From Bacteroidota bacterium (lineage in GTDB: Bacteria > Bacteroidota > Bacteroidia > Cytophagales > Cyclobacteriaceae), in NCBI GenBank assembly GCA_039192005.1, contig JBCCXH010000001.1, positions 1-58,409 of the forward strand: a stretch of 58,409 nucleotides of DNA, written 5' to 3'. This document shows positions 57,301 to 58,409 of this stretch, piece by piece (positions within the stretch are counted from its first letter, which is position 1; every line of letters starts with the position of its first letter). A program made the position numbers and the translations under genes. Below the pieces are notes generated by a model, which was not told where the DNA came from, did not search any database, and saw only the letters and a program-made list of their open reading frames with translations.

Positions 57301-58297
57301 ACTCGATCTAACGGGTATATCCATCAAAAAACAAAAGCAACTGCATCGGCTTTCGTTGATAAACCTCGTAAATGCATTCAATGCCCTGAGTGATTATCAG
57401 GTAACCTTTACCAAACACTTCGAAAAGTATAGCGAACCAAACATGCTTCGTGAACTGGAAAACAAAGAAAAACAAGCGATCATAGCTCTTACCTATGGCT
57501 GGAAGTACTTCGTTCGTCCCAAGCAACAACTACCCAAAAAATTGATAAAAGAAGGATCAAAAACATTCGAAAAAATTGAACGTGATTTTATAAGGCGACT
57601 AAACAAAACCTGCCAAAAGAAAACAGACGAAGCGCAAAAGCTTATTGACTTTTCGGCCTACACAGAAGCACACCCAAAAACCGCTATTATCCATGCTAAT
57701 TGCATAAACCTGCTTGATGTGTTTAAGGCATTGGAATTGGCGATAAATATTCTGTTCGAATCTATTGGCTCTTGTGCTTATTTGAGCTTTAAACAAACCG
57801 TACTAAATCACAGGTTTGATGAATATTGGATTATTATTTCGCAGCTTGGCGAGGTCCCGTCATCCCAAGTATATAAATTCAACATGTTTGAGCTTGAAAA
57901 AGGAAAGCTGGAAGAATTACCTTCCTATCACTGGATTTCTGAACCCATTCCGATTGAAGCATTAAGCAGGATTGATATAAGCCTGTTTGAAAGTACAGAT
58001 AAAATAGAATACGCACAGTCCATTCTTACACGTTATTCTACTCTTACTATTAATGCAGGAGTACTAGCACAGTTGCTTGAGCTTACAACCAAAGTCAATC
58101 CCGAATCAGATGCAAGTGTTTTGGAAAATCGGCTAACAAAATTGAGCGAAGACACTGCATACACTTGTACCAGCCTCGCCGAAGATTTGTCACATACAGT
58201 TGAGGCTTATAAAGATCCAAAGAATCAGGATGAGTTAGAGTTTATTCAAATCATAGCTACCATAATACCGTATCCTTTCGGCCTTGATACGTCTTGA
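54371..58297 (+). CDS. Nuclease-STAND NTPase large protein, candidate anti-phage (Avs-like); C-terminus probably truncated by IS66
   Basis: N-terminal GAIRAMRGFRLQ...EGLEDLDV...IQVKS (Cap4/DUF4297-like PD-(D/E)xK); Walker A GASGQGKS; Walker B-like LLIYID; long helical C-terminal region. Confidence 0.75.
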   Translation: MSKNLTDSNTGAIRAMRGFRLQTLFTVREILSNPSSGLIYEPEGLEDLDVRNSDNRLQQLIQVKSTNDTLYLADIAKSLKRATTVYETGESPQLRVVCFGKVSKGLSDLFSSSTSGDEFTARLAELKINSPELTQLKQNTSFLSVDEKTYADDIIRLIEERALALNPNTGIDLLHQWIATIAEKGGTISQESLVNQLNSIGKFVAEREDFHQHLHRTIRPVQDVEIDTLSMSDLKSGFYKGVGATYKHILAGLDVSRETKMDEIYETFQHKHVAIIHGASGQGKSTLAYRFIKQYYRGITYEVMPLSLKETTEQIAALHAISSSLNFPLLIYIDVKPGNANWIELLKDFVGSNAFRFLITIREEDWNKTPNKGVHFQFEDIALELHKTEAENIYQGLTQRVEDKHHTGFEEAWIKFGGQGPLLEFTYLTTQGETLRERIQSQLDRIEEEQPQLIPLLKIVGFADTMGAGIQVSKITASGIVKELRLIVKTLEREYLLRYSDVETTLTGLHPIRSGIISELLHLDKEELAATAERCTSLVAEQDLYIFLVSVFRYHPNTRERIIKTLPTIKHSTYTGCVNVLNALIWIGVKSLIEEHLILWNELYDQDPFLIHVRTHLDFTGTLNDKPFFPENENFQNTKGIVINKLEEQQISKERIFEQAQQWLVNIDIPDSELNTDQEASSFGELFFWIARLAPNKKIELNREAIITAVKQRSPGAISRVLFGLHTISEEGKTIALDLEPNFLQIIGTKLNVAYLERSETSITAHFLLDFFKDFNSDKNIAHHRKLEIIDILRYALPYLDSHGAKGHGHKTNFIESDFDDSSAQIEKQSNPIYWLTSINSLILNLLVYDKRPETWEEFIAFTFKVRNAFSDQLQQMIKALEEYFKKNRSNTPIIQFATDAITDNTYQVEYKILFPKPISDPTGRVAEDSSENNRPSGQSYKSDVSLLTDKFRDYKDAHENYFSSLNNFNNQSLRTILDLTGISIKKQKQLHRLSLINLVNAFNALSDYQVTFTKHFEKYSEPNMLRELENKEKQAIIALTYGWKYFVRPKQQLPKKLIKEGSKTFEKIERDFIRRLNKTCQKKTDEAQKLIDFSAYTEAHPKTAIIHANCINLLDVFKALELAINILFESIGSCAYLSFKQTVLNHRFDEYWIIISQLGEVPSSQVYKFNMFELEKGKLEELPSYHWISEPIPIEALSRIDISLFESTDKIEYAQSILTRYSTLTINAGVLAQLLELTTKVNPESDASVLENRLTKLSEDTAYTCTSLAEDLSHTVEAYKDPKNQDELEFIQIIATIIPYPFGLDTS

Positions 58298-58409
58298 TTT
58301 TATGGGTTTTACAGGTTGACCTTTGCTATCAAAAACTATGTCACGTAAGACCGAAGAGGAGATGTTTGACTTGATAGATCAATGGGAAGCCAGCAAGTTG
58401 ACTCAGTCA
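58270..58409 (+). mobile_element. Left end of an IS66-family element
   Basis: Begins GTATCCTTTCGGC (GTA-initiated end resembling IS66 IRs) and is followed by a TnpA-like ORF. Confidence 0.65.
58338..58409 (+). CDS. tnpA: IS66 accessory protein TnpA, N-terminal fragment
   Basis: MSRKTEEEMFDLIDQWEASKLTQS matches the 'W..SGL.Q..FC' start of IS66 TnpA HTH proteins. Confidence 0.65.
   Translation, partial: MSRKTEEEMFDLIDQWEASKLTQS

Noticed and set aside
1-58409. tRNA, rRNA, CRISPR array, integrase or prophage
   Set aside because: None was recognisable by eye. A covariance-model scan would be needed to exclude small RNAs.

Overview
Bacterial chromosomal window. It is almost certainly Bacteroidota (T9SS C-terminal domain, A/T-rich leaders without Shine-Dalgarno sequences, DUF6443-type RHS proteins) and probably Cytophagales (inferred). 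From left to right: (1) A minus-strand RHS/YD polymorphic-toxin region (1-19.2 kb). It holds two signal-peptide RHS proteins that differ at both ends (HExxH metallopeptidase tip plus candidate immunity gene; Ntox44-like tip with no evident immunity gene). It also holds a YD-repeat partner gene split by a 1-nt frameshift and the 5' part of a probable third paralogue with 342-bp tandem repeats that the ORF track missed. A PadR/ABC-permease module flanked by GATT-rich repeats sits inside this region. (2) Histidine phosphatase, azurin and an imelysin/di-haem/imelysin iron locus. (3) An AT-rich type II R-M island (HTH, C5-MTase, REase) with a perfect 20-bp operator-like palindrome. (4) A T9SS-secreted PNGase-F-like protein, an Fe3+ ABC transporter and Fur-like boxes. 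(5) A long minus-strand cluster (pirin, YcaC, Tat amidohydrolase, YceI, DoxX, DMT, plant-type Tat tyrosinase, SCO, beta-barrel, KefF/KefB and others) divergent from a multi-PAS sigma54 activator, with a visible -24 element and tandem UAS. (6) A 1308-aa nuclease-STAND NTPase candidate anti-phage protein whose 3' end appears interrupted by an IS66 element at the right edge. All family calls come from motif recognition by eye; no database searches were run.
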